From an uncultured Clostridia bacterium (GTDB lineage Bacteria; Bacillota; Clostridia; Oscillospirales; QAKW01): DNA of 64,000 nt. Each line of letters opens with the position of its first letter. The first letter of the stretch is position 1. The stretch is taken from assembly GCA_944385895.1 (NCBI GenBank), contig CALWYZ010000007.1:33489-97488 (forward strand). The letters run 5' to 3'. The notes beneath the pieces are model-generated. The model had not been told where the DNA came from. It was given only the letters and a program-made list of their open reading frames with translations, and did not search any database. Below, in pieces: positions 1 to 10,032 of this stretch. A program made the position numbers and the translations under genes.

Positions 1-839
1 TTTCTCCCGATAGATCGGTACGCGGCATTTACGTTGTCGGTGCAAAAAATATAAAAATAGATGTTGCATTTCCGGTAATGCACGGTAAAAACGGAGAGGA
101 CGGGGCAATCGCAGCGCTTTTGAAGCTTGCCGGTATTCCTCAGGTCACAACAACAATGACAAGCGCAGCTTGCAGTATGGATAAAGTCATTACCAAAATC
201 CTATGTGAGCACGCCGGTATACCCCAGGCAAAATGGAAATTCTTTTACTCGCGTAATCTGCATAAAAATGTCAGCAGTATTGCAGATGAAATAGAAGCAA
301 ATTTTGAATATCCGGTATTTGTAAAGCCATCGTCGGCGGGCTCAAGTGTCGGTGTTGCCAAATGCACTGACAGAGCCAATCTTGAAGCCGGGCTGCTCGA
401 AGCCGCGCGGCATGATTTTAAGGTGCTGGTTGAGCAATATATAGACGGAAGTGAGATCGAGGTCGCCGTTATCGGCAACAGCGAGCCTATGGCGTCAGTC
501 TGCGGTCAGATCGCGCCGTCGGGAGAATTTTACAGTTATGATTCAAAGTACAACGATGAAAATTCCAAGCTGTATATTCCCGCAAAAATAGCCGACGACA
601 CCGCCGAAAAAGTACGCAGGACGGCACTGTCCGTTTTTCGTGCTCTTGAATGTCAGGGCATGGCAAGAATCGATTTTTTTGTCAGGAACAACGGTGAGGT
701 AATATTCAACGAACTAAACACCATTCCTGGATTTACTGATATAAGCATGTATCCAAAACTCATGGCACATTCCTGCTTCAGGGGCTCACAACTTGCTGAC
801 AGGCTTATTAATCTTGCAATGGCGGAGGACAGAATATGA
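1..839 (+). CDS. ddl: D-alanine--D-alanine ligase (5'-truncated by window edge)
   Basis: The frame is open from the window start (SPDRSVRG...FPVMHGKNGEDG). ATP-grasp motifs PVFVKPSSAGSSVG, FYSYDSKY and NELNTIPGFT..SMYP are present. Confidence 0.93.
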   Translation, partial: SPDRSVRGIYVVGAKNIKIDVAFPVMHGKNGEDGAIAALLKLAGIPQVTTTMTSAACSMDKVITKILCEHAGIPQAKWKFFYSRNLHKNVSSIADEIEANFEYPVFVKPSSAGSSVGVAKCTDRANLEAGLLEAARHDFKVLVEQYIDGSEIEVAVIGNSEPMASVCGQIAPSGEFYSYDSKYNDENSKLYIPAKIADDTAEKVRRTALSVFRALECQGMARIDFFVRNNGEVIFNELNTIPGFTDISMYPKLMAHSCFRGSQLADRLINLAMAEDRI

Positions 840-1648
840 ATAAAAACGCCATCGGCGTTTTTGACAGCGGTCTGGGCGGTCTTACCGCTATGAAAGAGCT
901 GTGCAAAATAATGCCGCACGAAGATATTGTCTATTTCGGCGACACATCACGTGTGCCTTACGGCACAAGAAGCGCAGATACGATTATAAGATACGCGCGC
1001 CAGGATTTGAATTTTTTGTCAACTTTTGAAATAAAAGCCGCGCTTGTGGCGTGCGGAACCATATCCGCAGTCGCGCTGGATACAATCAAAAGCGACTATT
1101 CTTTTCCTATTGTAGGCGTTATTGAAAGCGCCGCTAAGGCAGCTTTAAAAATTTCAAAGAACAGAAGAATAGGAATACTCGGCACCCAGGCAACCGTCAA
1201 TTCCGGAGCATATGAACGCAAGCTTACAGAGGCAGACCCTAACTGTAAGACAATGAGTATTCCCTGCCCCCTGTTTGTGCCGCTTGTCGAAAACGGACAT
1301 ACCGACCCTAACGATCCGCTCACAAATGGCGCCATTGAGCTGTATCTGTCAAAGCTACTGCCGTTTAAAGCGGATACAATAATTCTGGGATGCACGCATT
1401 ATCCCATAATCGCTCAGGCAATAAGAAGGTTTGTAGGCAGTGAAACAAACCTGATAAATCCGGGGAAAGAGGCGGCACTGACAATAAGTTCATTACTGCA
1501 TGAAAACGGCATGTCAAACAATGCGGGAGTGGGAAAACACAGTTATTATGTCAGCGACAGCACAGATAACTTTGAGACTTACGGGAGCGTATTTATGGGT
1601 CGCTCAATAAATGGGGAAGTACATAAAATCGATATTGAAAAATACTGA
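836..1648 (+). CDS. murI: glutamate racemase
   Basis: IGVFDSGLGG, PYG, ACGT and ILGCTHYP catalytic motifs; overlaps the ddl stop (ATGA). Confidence 0.96.
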   Translation: MNKNAIGVFDSGLGGLTAMKELCKIMPHEDIVYFGDTSRVPYGTRSADTIIRYARQDLNFLSTFEIKAALVACGTISAVALDTIKSDYSFPIVGVIESAAKAALKISKNRRIGILGTQATVNSGAYERKLTEADPNCKTMSIPCPLFVPLVENGHTDPNDPLTNGAIELYLSKLLPFKADTIILGCTHYPIIAQAIRRFVGSETNLINPGKEAALTISSLLHENGMSNNAGVGKHSYYVSDSTDNFETYGSVFMGRSINGEVHKIDIEKY

Positions 1649-1670
1649 AATACCGAAAGGAATATTAAAA

Positions 1671-3350
1671 ATGACAGTCAGCAATCCACTCGAATACATA
1701 AAAAATCTTATAAAGCAGAAGGTGCTCGATGCATATGAAGCATGCGTAAGCCAGGGAGCTCTTGAGCGTGCGGATATTGTTGATTTTGAGGTAGAAATAC
1801 CCAAGGATACATCAAACGGAGACTTTTCGGCAAACTTTGCAATGAAAAATGTAAAGTCCTTAAAAAAGCCGCCCGCCGTTATCGGAAATGAAATAGCAGA
1901 CAGGCTTGAAAAGGGACAAGTTATTGAAAGCGTTTCGGTGGCAGGCCCTGGGTTTATAAATTTTGTACTTTCGGGCAGATATTACGCCGATCAGGTTAAT
2001 AATATACTTGTACTGTCTCAGGATTTCGGGAAAACCGATATCTTCCACGGTCAAAAGGTGCTTGTTGAATTTGTATCCGCCAATCCGACAGGACCCATGC
2101 ACATAGGCAACGCACGCGGCGGTATAATAGGTGACTGTCTGTCTTCGGTGCTCAGCTCTACAGGAGCACAGGTCAGCCGTGAATTTTACGTCAATGATGC
2201 GGGCAACCAGGTTGCTTTGTTCGGACAGTCTCTTTATGCCCGGCTGTATCAGCTGATAAACGGCGAAAACAGTATAGAATTCCCCGACGACGGCTATCAC
2301 GGCGATGACATAAAAGAGCTTGCAGCCGAATATGCAAAACAGCACAGTCAGATTTCTCTTGAAGACAAGGACGAACTTATACGCTCTCTGACAGAATTCG
2401 GACTGGAAAAGAATATTGCACGGATGCAGAAAGATCTTGAAAAATATAAAATCGTATACGACACATGGTTTCGTGAATCACAGCTGCATAAAAGCGGATA
2501 TGTGGCAGAGACAATAGAGCTTCTTGAAAAAGCCGGAGCGCTATATGAAAAAGATGGTGCAAAGTGGTTTCGCGCAACCGATTACGGCTGCGAAAAAGAC
2601 GAGGTCATGGTCAAGGCCAACGGCTTTTATACCTATTATGCCGTTGATCTTGCCTATCACCGCAACAAATTCATAGAGCGCGGATTTGATCGCTGCATAA
2701 ATGTACTGGGTGCGGATCATCACGGACACACCATCCGCTACAAAGCGGGTCTGAAAGCACTGGGTATAGACCCCGGACGACTTGATGTCGTGCTCATGCA
2801 GCTTGTACGACTCATGCGCGACGGAAAGCCATTCAAAATGTCAAAACGTACCGGCAAAAGCATCACTCTTTCAGATCTTCTGGATGAGATCCCGGCTGAC
2901 GCAGCAAGATTTTTCTTTAACCTCAACCGCTCCGAATCAGTTATGGACTTTGATCTGTCTCTGGCTGTCAAACAGGACAGCGAAAACCCGCTCTATTATG
3001 TTCAATACGCGCATGCCCGAATTTGCTCTATACTTCGCAATGTCGGCACCGGATGCGTAAAAGACTGCGGTGATTACCTGTACAACGACAGGCATGAACG
3101 CCAGCTCATCAGCATACTCTCATGCTTTCCGGACATACTCGTGTCTGCGGCACAGTCGCTGGAGCCTTCCAAAATAACAAAATACCTGACCGACCTTGCC
3201 GGCGCATTTCACAGCTTTTATAACGCCTGCCGCATAAAGGGTGAGAATGATTGCGTGTTTGCAGGACGTATAGCTCTTGTTCTCTGTACCAAAACAGTTA
3301 TAAAAAACGCGTTGGACCTTATGAATATAGACGCTCCCGAAAAAATGTAA
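1671..3350 (+). CDS. argS: arginine--tRNA ligase
   Basis: VEFVSANPTGPMHIGNARG (HIGH), KMSKRTG and YYVQYAHARICSI. Start moved to ATG 1671, which follows a GAAAGGA RBS. Confidence 0.96.
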   Translation: MTVSNPLEYIKNLIKQKVLDAYEACVSQGALERADIVDFEVEIPKDTSNGDFSANFAMKNVKSLKKPPAVIGNEIADRLEKGQVIESVSVAGPGFINFVLSGRYYADQVNNILVLSQDFGKTDIFHGQKVLVEFVSANPTGPMHIGNARGGIIGDCLSSVLSSTGAQVSREFYVNDAGNQVALFGQSLYARLYQLINGENSIEFPDDGYHGDDIKELAAEYAKQHSQISLEDKDELIRSLTEFGLEKNIARMQKDLEKYKIVYDTWFRESQLHKSGYVAETIELLEKAGALYEKDGAKWFRATDYGCEKDEVMVKANGFYTYYAVDLAYHRNKFIERGFDRCINVLGADHHGHTIRYKAGLKALGIDPGRLDVVLMQLVRLMRDGKPFKMSKRTGKSITLSDLLDEIPADAARFFFNLNRSESVMDFDLSLAVKQDSENPLYYVQYAHARICSILRNVGTGCVKDCGDYLYNDRHERQLISILSCFPDILVSAAQSLEPSKITKYLTDLAGAFHSFYNACRIKGENDCVFAGRIALVLCTKTVIKNALDLMNIDAPEKM

Positions 3351-3429
3351 GGCAGCCGCTTATTCTCATGATACAATTTAAAGGCAGCCGCTTATTCTCA
3401 TGATACAATTTAAAGGCAGCCGCTTATTC
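3349..3429. repeat. 32-bp tandem repeat, ~2.5 copies
   Basis: AAGGCAGCCGCTTATTCTCATGATACAATTTA at 3349 and 3381, with a partial copy at 3413; no spacers. Confidence 0.9.
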
Positions 3430-3464
3430 ACAGTATTTAGAAAAGTTAAAATCTGTTTTGACGC

Positions 3465-3494
3465 AAAAAAGCGCGTAAAAATTTTACGCGCTTT
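3465..3494. terminator. likely bidirectional intrinsic terminator
   Basis: AAAGCGCGTAAAA-A-TTTTACGCGCTTT hairpin between convergent genes. Confidence 0.7.
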
Positions 3495-3509
3495 AACGAT
3501 TGCATAATC

Positions 3510-4088
3510 CTATTTTTTGAAGCTTAGAGAACTCTTGGGTCTTGGTGTTATAAAATATGCCGCCGTAAACAGTATCAGACACGGGATAAGCTCGGCAAAT
3601 GCCAGCGCAAGACTTGCAAATACAGCGCCCAGAAAGCCGCCGTACGACTGCATGACGGCTGACATGGCGTCAAAATATTCAGAATATCTGAATGGCAGCT
3701 GATAATCGATCACAAATATTATAAAATAACCTAGAGCGCCCGAGAGCATTGCAGCAAACATTGAGGCTACATATCCAAGAGGCGTTTTGAAAAGCCCCAG
3801 CCTCTTTGCCGCATAAATAACGGCAGATACAAAAGCCGCCGGTATCACAAGCCATAGAGCACAAATACCGTCAATAAGAGATACCAGCAGCGTTACATGC
3901 AGAGCAAGCGACAGAGCGCCCCAATAAGGCCCACATACCGCAATGATAAAAAAGCTTCCCGTAAAATCAAGCCATAGCGGAAAGCCAAGATACTTGGACA
4001 AACAAAACAGCGCAACATTTAATATTGAACCGACAGTAAACAGCGCAAACTGTTTTACAGGTGAGTTGCGCATATCTTTCACCCCCAA
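3510..4088 (-). CDS. membrane protein, probable ECF transporter S component
   Basis: About 5-6 hydrophobic segments; the GFPLWLDFTG...CGPYWG motif resembles S-component N-termini. Confidence 0.6.
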   Translation of the reverse strand: MGVKDMRNSPVKQFALFTVGSILNVALFCLSKYLGFPLWLDFTGSFFIIAVCGPYWGALSLALHVTLLVSLIDGICALWLVIPAAFVSAVIYAAKRLGLFKTPLGYVASMFAAMLSGALGYFIIFVIDYQLPFRYSEYFDAMSAVMQSYGGFLGAVFASLALAFAELIPCLILFTAAYFITPRPKSSLSFKK

Positions 4089-4171
4089 ATTATTAATAAA
4101 TAAATTATATATTATTTAACAAATTTTGTCAATGTTTGACGAAAAATTTATAATCGACGGAGAATCACACA

Positions 4172-4960
4172 ATGTCGGAACTGATATTTACGGTCTTGAT
4201 ATTTATAATTTTTATTGCAATACTGCTTTTGATTTACAACAATACCGTAATTATAAAAAAGTACAAAATAAAAACGGATAAAGCCTGCGGGGGTCTCAAA
4301 ATAGTGCTGATAAGCGATTTTCACAACAACAAAAGGCTTTGTCCTGCAATATTGTCAAAGACAAGACAGTGCAAGCCGGACATTATTGTTATAGCAGGCG
4401 ATCTTATTGACAGAAAACATACCGATTTTAATACCGCAAAAAATCTGCTTGACGGGCTTTCTGATATAGCGGAGGTATATTATGTCACAGGCAATCACGA
4501 GGCGATAGCAGGACGGCAGAAAACGGCAGACACTCTCGGATGCGATAATGTTCTGGCTGATGAGCGGTATAAAATTTTTGACAACTATTCAATTTTAGGA
4601 ATTTCAGATAAAATAAACGGAAATGATGAAAAAAAGTCAGATCTGCTTACTGTTTTTCAGCGTCTGGACAATTTTAAGATCGTAATAGTGCATCGCCCTA
4701 CGGAATTTACAACCGGTCTTGACATCAGCAAGTACGACATCGATCTTGTATTGTCCGGGCACAACCACGGCGGACTTGTAAGAATACCGTTTTACGGTGC
4801 GCTGTATTCTCCGGACGAAGGATTCTTTCCGCGCTTTTCAAAAGGTTTATATAAAAACAACGGCAGTCAGATGATAATTTCAGCAGGCGCAGGAAATACT
4901 TTTTTGCCGCTGCGGCTGAATAATTTTCCGGAAATTGTAAGCATCAGCATAGAAAATTAA
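4172..4960 (+). CDS. membrane-anchored metallophosphoesterase (YkuE-like)
   Basis: SDFH, GDLID, GNHE and SGHNHGG calcineurin-like motifs; N-terminal TM helix. Confidence 0.88.
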   Translation: MSELIFTVLIFIIFIAILLLIYNNTVIIKKYKIKTDKACGGLKIVLISDFHNNKRLCPAILSKTRQCKPDIIVIAGDLIDRKHTDFNTAKNLLDGLSDIAEVYYVTGNHEAIAGRQKTADTLGCDNVLADERYKIFDNYSILGISDKINGNDEKKSDLLTVFQRLDNFKIVIVHRPTEFTTGLDISKYDIDLVLSGHNHGGLVRIPFYGALYSPDEGFFPRFSKGLYKNNGSQMIISAGAGNTFLPLRLNNFPEIVSISIEN

Positions 4961-5021
4961 AATAATTATTGCAATTTGGGTATGATTGTGTTATCATATT
5001 TCAGATTACTAAAGTTTTGTA

Positions 5022-5059
5022 ACAGGCAGTCCTCTGCATTTGCTCGCACGAATGCCTGT
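5022..5059 (+). ncRNA. putative L19 ribosomal protein leader hairpin
   Basis: ACAGGCA...TGCCTGT stem enclosing CCTCTG, ~35 nt upstream of rplS, where Firmicute L19 leaders occur. Confidence 0.5.
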
Positions 5060-5094
5060 AAAGCTCTTTAAAATTTCAAGGAGGAATAGTTACA

Positions 5095-5436
5095 ATGGAT
5101 TATTTAAAAGCTGTAACTGACGAGCAAATCAAAGCCGACAGATTTGAACTTAATATCGGCGACACCGTTCGTGTAAGCGTGAAAGTAAAAGAGGGAAACC
5201 GTGAGAGAATACAGGTTTTTGAGGGTACTATTATCGCTAAGCACGGCGGCGGAATATCTGAAACTTTCAAGGTAAGACGTGTCGCTTACGGCGTAGGTGT
5301 AGAGAGAACATTTCCTGTAAACTCTCCCAAGGTCGAAAAGGTTGAAATAGTTCGTCGTGGTAAAGTTAGACGTGCAAAGCTCTATTACGTACGCGACAGA
5401 GTCGGAAAAGCTGCAAAAGTAAAACAGAAGATCTGA
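5095..5436 (+). CDS. rplS: 50S ribosomal protein L19
   Basis: [30 protein letters not shown] and [10 protein letters not shown]. Confidence 0.98.
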   Translation: MDYLKAVTDEQIKADRFELNIGDTVRVSVKVKEGNRERIQVFEGTIIAKHGGGISETFKVRRVAYGVGVERTFPVNSPKVEKVEIVRRGKVRRAKLYYVRDRVGKAAKVKQKI

Positions 5437-5450
5437 ATTTGTTTAACTTT

Positions 5451-5490
5451 AAAAAACAGATATGCATTACAATGCATATCTGTTTTTTTA
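5451..5490 (+). terminator. intrinsic terminator after rplS
   Basis: AAAAAACAGATATGCATT-AC-AATGCATATCTGTTTTTT. Confidence 0.85.
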
Positions 5491-5700
5491 TTTTAAAACC
5501 GCTTTTTAAATTTTATATGGAAATACCTCATTGCTCTATACAGTCAGCTATGCTTTGAGATGTGTTATTTTTTGGGATTTAATTTTTAAAGCACCTTGAA
5601 AATATAATTAAAATATGATAAAATTCTATAAAATGGTATTGGTATAATTCCAAATAGTTTTATTATTCTTTCCCGGATAATTAAAAGGGGGGTAGATAAT

Positions 5701-6594
5701 TTGAGCAATTCAGAAATGCCCAAGTCTGCACCGGACAAAAAGAAAAAGCTGTCTCCTCAGATTATTGTTATAATCGTCCTGGCAATCCTGGTGGCAATCA
5801 GCGCCGGCGCTCTTGCTACAAGGTATATTTATCTTAATTTTTTTGATAATTCTAAAGCCACAGTCACAATTGAGGATAACCTTATAGGTGATAACAATAA
5901 TCAGGATGCAGAATCAAATCAGAACGCTGATACAGACCAGAGCGCAGACACAAATCCCGAAAATGACAGTCAACAGGCAGTCGGCGAAAACAACAACACG
6001 TCTGACTTATCCGACAGCGGTCAAGGCAATACAGACGAGACGAAAACTGAAACAGAAAAGCCCAAAGCAACAGTTATTGAACTATTTAAGGGACAGCCTG
6101 AAGACAATGAAACATTCAATGTCACAAATATGCTCCCAGGCGATATTGTGACAAAATATTTCTGTGTTAAAGCCACACATGATTCAGATTTCAACCTGTT
6201 ATTTGCCGCTCAGATTACCAATCAGACAAAACAGCTTGCCAACGCTTTAAATATCAGGATTTCAATCCCTGAAACAGACACTGTTTTATATGACGGGACA
6301 TTCGCACAGGCAGACAAGCAGGAATTGTGCAAAACCGTATTGAAAAACGATCAGGGACAGACCATTATCTATTATAAGATTGATGTTTACATGGATACTT
6401 CGGTAGGGAATGAGTATCAGGCAGCAAGCCTTACGGCAGATTTTGATTGGTATGTAAATGAACAAGACAGCCTGACCAGTCCGGATACCGGCGATAATTT
6501 AAATATTATACTGTGGTCAATATTACTGTTGTCATCTGCGGCAATAATGCTTCTCTTGCTTTTGAAAAGCCGAAAGGAGGAGAATAAAAGATGA
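5701..6594 (+). CDS. TasA/camelysin-like secreted protein with C-terminal sortase sorting signal
   Basis: N-terminal TM; TasA-like motifs FNVTNMLPGD and VGNEYQAASLTADF; C-terminal SPDTGD, then a hydrophobic helix and KSRKEENKR. Confidence 0.65.
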   Translation: MSNSEMPKSAPDKKKKLSPQIIVIIVLAILVAISAGALATRYIYLNFFDNSKATVTIEDNLIGDNNNQDAESNQNADTDQSADTNPENDSQQAVGENNNTSDLSDSGQGNTDETKTETEKPKATVIELFKGQPEDNETFNVTNMLPGDIVTKYFCVKATHDSDFNLLFAAQITNQTKQLANALNIRISIPETDTVLYDGTFAQADKQELCKTVLKNDQGQTIIYYKIDVYMDTSVGNEYQAASLTADFDWYVNEQDSLTSPDTGDNLNIILWSILLLSSAAIMLLLLLKSRKEENKR

Positions 6595-7139
6595 ATAATT
6601 CAGGCGTAACCAAAAAAAGAGCTTACGGACATATAGCCGTTATAATTATTCTTGTTTTAATGCTTGCCGCAACAACTTATGCTTTGATTTTATCATTGGT
6701 GTCTGCAGACGGTAATATCTTTGAGACCGGGCAGGTGGAAATAGAACTAAACGGCGGACAAACGGTATTTGACGGTTCAGATGTGAATATTGCACCGGGA
6801 CTTTCTACGGAAAAAAGCTTTACGTTAGAAAATAAAGGTACCGCTGATATTTATTACCGTATTTATATGGAAAATATATCCGGAGCCCTGCAAGAAGTTC
6901 TTACGTTTGAGATTTATGACCAAGACAAACTTTTATTCAGCGGCAAATCAAAAGATTTGACAAAAGACTCTCCGTGCACAAGCGACACACCTCTTGCTCC
7001 CGGGGAAATCAAAACTCTGAAAGCAGTAGTTAAAATGTCAGAAGATGCTGACAATACATATCAAAACGGAGATATTACTTTTGATATAACAGCAGATGCG
7101 GTACAGGCAAAAAATAATTCAAATAAAGTTTTTGATTAA
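6591..7139 (+). CDS. small TasA-like protein with SipW-class signal peptide
   Basis: Signal peptide ending ATTYA; NIAPG, FTLENKGT and ADNTYQ...ITADAVQ motifs. Confidence 0.7.
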   Translation: MNNSGVTKKRAYGHIAVIIILVLMLAATTYALILSLVSADGNIFETGQVEIELNGGQTVFDGSDVNIAPGLSTEKSFTLENKGTADIYYRIYMENISGALQEVLTFEIYDQDKLLFSGKSKDLTKDSPCTSDTPLAPGEIKTLKAVVKMSEDADNTYQNGDITFDITADAVQAKNNSNKVFD

Positions 7140-7172
7140 TTTAATTTGATATTTATAAAGGAGGAAAAAATT

Positions 7173-9116
7173 ATGTCAAACACAAAAAAGTCACTTATTA
7201 CAAGTGCAATTTCCCTTGCTGTCAGCGCAGTACTGCTGATAAGCACGACATTTGCATGGTTTACCGACAGTGTTATAAACCAGGGTAATAAAATCCAATC
7301 GGGAAATCTGAACGTTGAACTGTGGCAGAAAACAAATACTCTGTCTCAGGATCAAATTGACGAGGGTTTACCGTCTGATGCTGAATACACAAATATTTCG
7401 GATTCAGTCAATCCCGTATTCAATAGCGGACTGTGGGAACCCGGTTATTCAAACGGTGCAACATTGCAGGTTCGCAACAACGGTACGCTCGCGCTAAAAT
7501 ACGAGCTGGCTATCAGAGGTATTGTAACAGCGACCGGTGCCCAAAACGGCGGTTCTGCTTCTGCTACCGGCAATATCGCCGATGTTTTGGACGTATACTT
7601 CTTAGACTCATATCGCGCTCCGACATCTGCTGATACACCTATAGGAACTTTGGCATATCTTATGACTAATCCGGTAATCGACAGTGCTATGCTCGCTTCC
7701 GGCAACTGCAGCAACGATATCAACATAGTCTTAAAAATGAAAGACAACGCAGGCAATGAATATCAAGGAGCTTCAGCCACATTTGACGTTGAGCTGCGCG
7801 CAATTCAGGCAACCTCAGAAGCAGACGGATTCGGCAATATCAACTATGACGCAAACGCTGACGGAAATCCTGATAATCCGAGCTGGGATGCAATAAATAC
7901 AGGCAAAGTAGTCGTACCCGTTGCTCCCTCAGGAGACACAACCATCACAAGCGTTGACGGAGCTGCAACCTTTACAGTACCCTCTTCTGCTGTTGAAGAC
8001 GGAGTCGATCAGCTCACTCTCAACATTGTAGAAACAAGCAAACCCAGTGAAGTTCCGGTTGACCCCGGTCAGGATTCTGTTACCTACGATATCACCATTG
8101 ACGGTATAAAAGAAAATCTTACCGGAGATGACAGAGTAACTGTAACCTTCTTTATCGGCAAAGACCTTGTAAATGTAAAAATGTATCATTATGACAGAGA
8201 GCTGACTGCCCAGGATGATGATTTTGCATATGATCCGGTAACAGGCTATGTAAGCTTTAAGGCTTCTGAATTCAGTCCGTATACTATTACTTTTACGAGA
8301 AGCACAAACACTTCTACAGCTGATGATTTTGTTAATGCTCTCCAAAAGGGCGGTCTTGTAACGCTTGAAAACGACATCACCCTTTCAAGCGTTGCGGTAG
8401 TGCCCGAGGGCGTAACGGTAACCATCAATCTTGGCGGACACACGATAAGCGGCAGAGGCATAAGAAATCTCGGCACGATCGTTAGCCTTACAAACGGCAG
8501 CATTATAGCGGACAGCGGCTACGGTCTTGATAACCGTGCAAATATAGGTACTCTTAACTGCAATATCACTTCAAAAACTTCCGATGCAATAAGCAACGGT
8601 ACCGGTACATGGCAGGGTGATGAATATATCTCAACTGCCGGTGTGATAAATGAAATTGCAGGCGGAAACTACTTTGGCCGCCCTGAGACTTACGGTTCAT
8701 CAAGCGTTGGCTCATGCGGTCTTTACAACGATACTTATGCTGTTGTAAAGCTGATATCAGGCGGTCGCTTCCAGGGCTCTTCTGTCGCTTTCCGCGATTA
8801 TAACAAAGACGGTGGTATAAAGAGCGTTACAGGCGGTTTCTTTGACTGCCCGTATATGGATGCAAACGGCAAAACTTTCTGCGACAACACAACTATAGAC
8901 GAAGTGTTTTATAATACTGCTCCTGTCAGCGTCACAGGCGGCACTTGGTATAATGTCGGCACTAAGATAAATAATAGTCTTGCTGACGGATACACTGTAA
9001 ACCAGGGTGATGTATGTGCAATGACAAGCCACAAACGCTATGATTCTACAAGACATTGGGTCGATGATGAGAGCGGAACAGTATATTATTATTACACTGT
9101 TGGCACAGCTAAATAA
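7173..9116 (+). CDS. SipW-cognate TasA-like fibre subunit with C-terminal beta-helix-like region
   Basis: TTFAWFTDS signal; LWEPG and AGNEYQ...ELRAIQ TasA motifs; Gly/Asn/Thr-rich C-terminus with ISGG/VTGG repeats. ATG 7173 follows AAGGAGG. Confidence 0.75.
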   Translation: MSNTKKSLITSAISLAVSAVLLISTTFAWFTDSVINQGNKIQSGNLNVELWQKTNTLSQDQIDEGLPSDAEYTNISDSVNPVFNSGLWEPGYSNGATLQVRNNGTLALKYELAIRGIVTATGAQNGGSASATGNIADVLDVYFLDSYRAPTSADTPIGTLAYLMTNPVIDSAMLASGNCSNDINIVLKMKDNAGNEYQGASATFDVELRAIQATSEADGFGNINYDANADGNPDNPSWDAINTGKVVVPVAPSGDTTITSVDGAATFTVPSSAVEDGVDQLTLNIVETSKPSEVPVDPGQDSVTYDITIDGIKENLTGDDRVTVTFFIGKDLVNVKMYHYDRELTAQDDDFAYDPVTGYVSFKASEFSPYTITFTRSTNTSTADDFVNALQKGGLVTLENDITLSSVAVVPEGVTVTINLGGHTISGRGIRNLGTIVSLTNGSIIADSGYGLDNRANIGTLNCNITSKTSDAISNGTGTWQGDEYISTAGVINEIAGGNYFGRPETYGSSSVGSCGLYNDTYAVVKLISGGRFQGSSVAFRDYNKDGGIKSVTGGFFDCPYMDANGKTFCDNTTIDEVFYNTAPVSVTGGTWYNVGTKINNSLADGYTVNQGDVCAMTSHKRYDSTRHWVDDESGTVYYYYTVGTAK

Positions 9117-9126
9117 TTTTAACAAC

Positions 9127-9161
9127 TGACAATATCGTCCCATTATGGGACGATATTGTCA
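9127..9161 (+). terminator. perfect 16-bp-stem hairpin (terminator or mRNA stabiliser)
   Basis: TGACAATATCGTCCCA-TTA-TGGGACGATATTGTCA just after the stop codon; no immediate U-tract. Confidence 0.6.
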
Positions 9162-9312
9162 AACCGGTTTTATTAATACTGTCATCAAATGATTTTTCGA
9201 TATAATAATCTTTATTCCCGCATTTTGCTTTTTGAAAAAAGCCGGATATAAAAGAGCAAAAATTTCTTTTTGCTTTTCTGTACCCGAAACAGCGAAGGGA
9301 GAGAATTAATCC

Positions 9313-10032
9313 GTGAAAAAAGCTTTGGATATAGCAGGAAAAGTAGCTGCCACTTTAGTATTGGTTTTTTCAATATGCATAATGATATTTACAATAGTAT
9401 CCGTAAATACCATAGGCAAAGACAAAGGGCTGTTTGGATTTAAGCCTTATATTGTTTTGTCCGACTCAATGAAAGATACGTTTTCTGTAGGCGACCTGAC
9501 TGTCAGCAAAACAGTTGATCCCCAAACACTACAACCAGACGATATAATTACATTTAAATCCATAGATCCATCAAACTATGGAGCGGTAGTTACTCATAAA
9601 ATAAGACAAATTACAGAATACAACGGCGAGCCTGCCTTTATAACTTACGGAACCACGACAAATTCTGATGATTCATATCCCGTACCTTATGATAATGTTA
9701 TTGGCAAATATGTATTCCGAATGCCTAAAATGGGTTACTTTTTTGAGTTTTTAAGATCTCCTGCCGGATATGTAACTCTAATATTGCTTCCGTTTTTGAT
9801 TCTTATAATTATTCAAGCAATAAAATTTTTAAAGCTGGTCAGACAATACAAACTGGAACAGCAAGCTGAATTAGATATTCAAAAAGCAAATATCGAGGCA
9901 GAAAGACAAGAAGCTCAAAAAATGAAAGAGGAACTGGAGCAGCTCAGAGCCCAGCTTAAAAATCTTGAAGGTGAAAACAGCGATAGCAATATTGCTGTGT
10001 CAGGATTTAATAACTCAGGAGGTGAGGCTTGA
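9313..10032 (+). CDS. sipW: signal peptidase I, SipW/ER type (S26B)
   Basis: IVLSDSM (catalytic Ser), DIITF and VVTHKI (catalytic His); second TM and a coiled-coil tail; sits among AWF-signal genes. Confidence 0.85.
   Translation: MKKALDIAGKVAATLVLVFSICIMIFTIVSVNTIGKDKGLFGFKPYIVLSDSMKDTFSVGDLTVSKTVDPQTLQPDDIITFKSIDPSNYGAVVTHKIRQITEYNGEPAFITYGTTTNSDDSYPVPYDNVIGKYVFRMPKMGYFFEFLRSPAGYVTLILLPFLILIIIQAIKFLKLVRQYKLEQQAELDIQKANIEAERQEAQKMKEELEQLRAQLKNLEGENSDSNIAVSGFNNSGGEA

Noticed and set aside
1-839. Van-type D-Ala-D-Lac ligase
   Set aside because: The omega loop FYSYDSKY has the Tyr typical of D-Ala-D-Ala ligases, the context is housekeeping, and no van genes are present.
3349-3429. 32-bp repeats as a mini-CRISPR
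   Set aside because: Head-to-tail copies without spacers.
8240-8300. GPS/ZU5-like autoproteolysis motif in the TasA paralogues (KASEFSPY, KTASFSPF)
   Set aside because: The His of the HFS/HLS motif is absent in both copies, so self-cleavage is unsupported.
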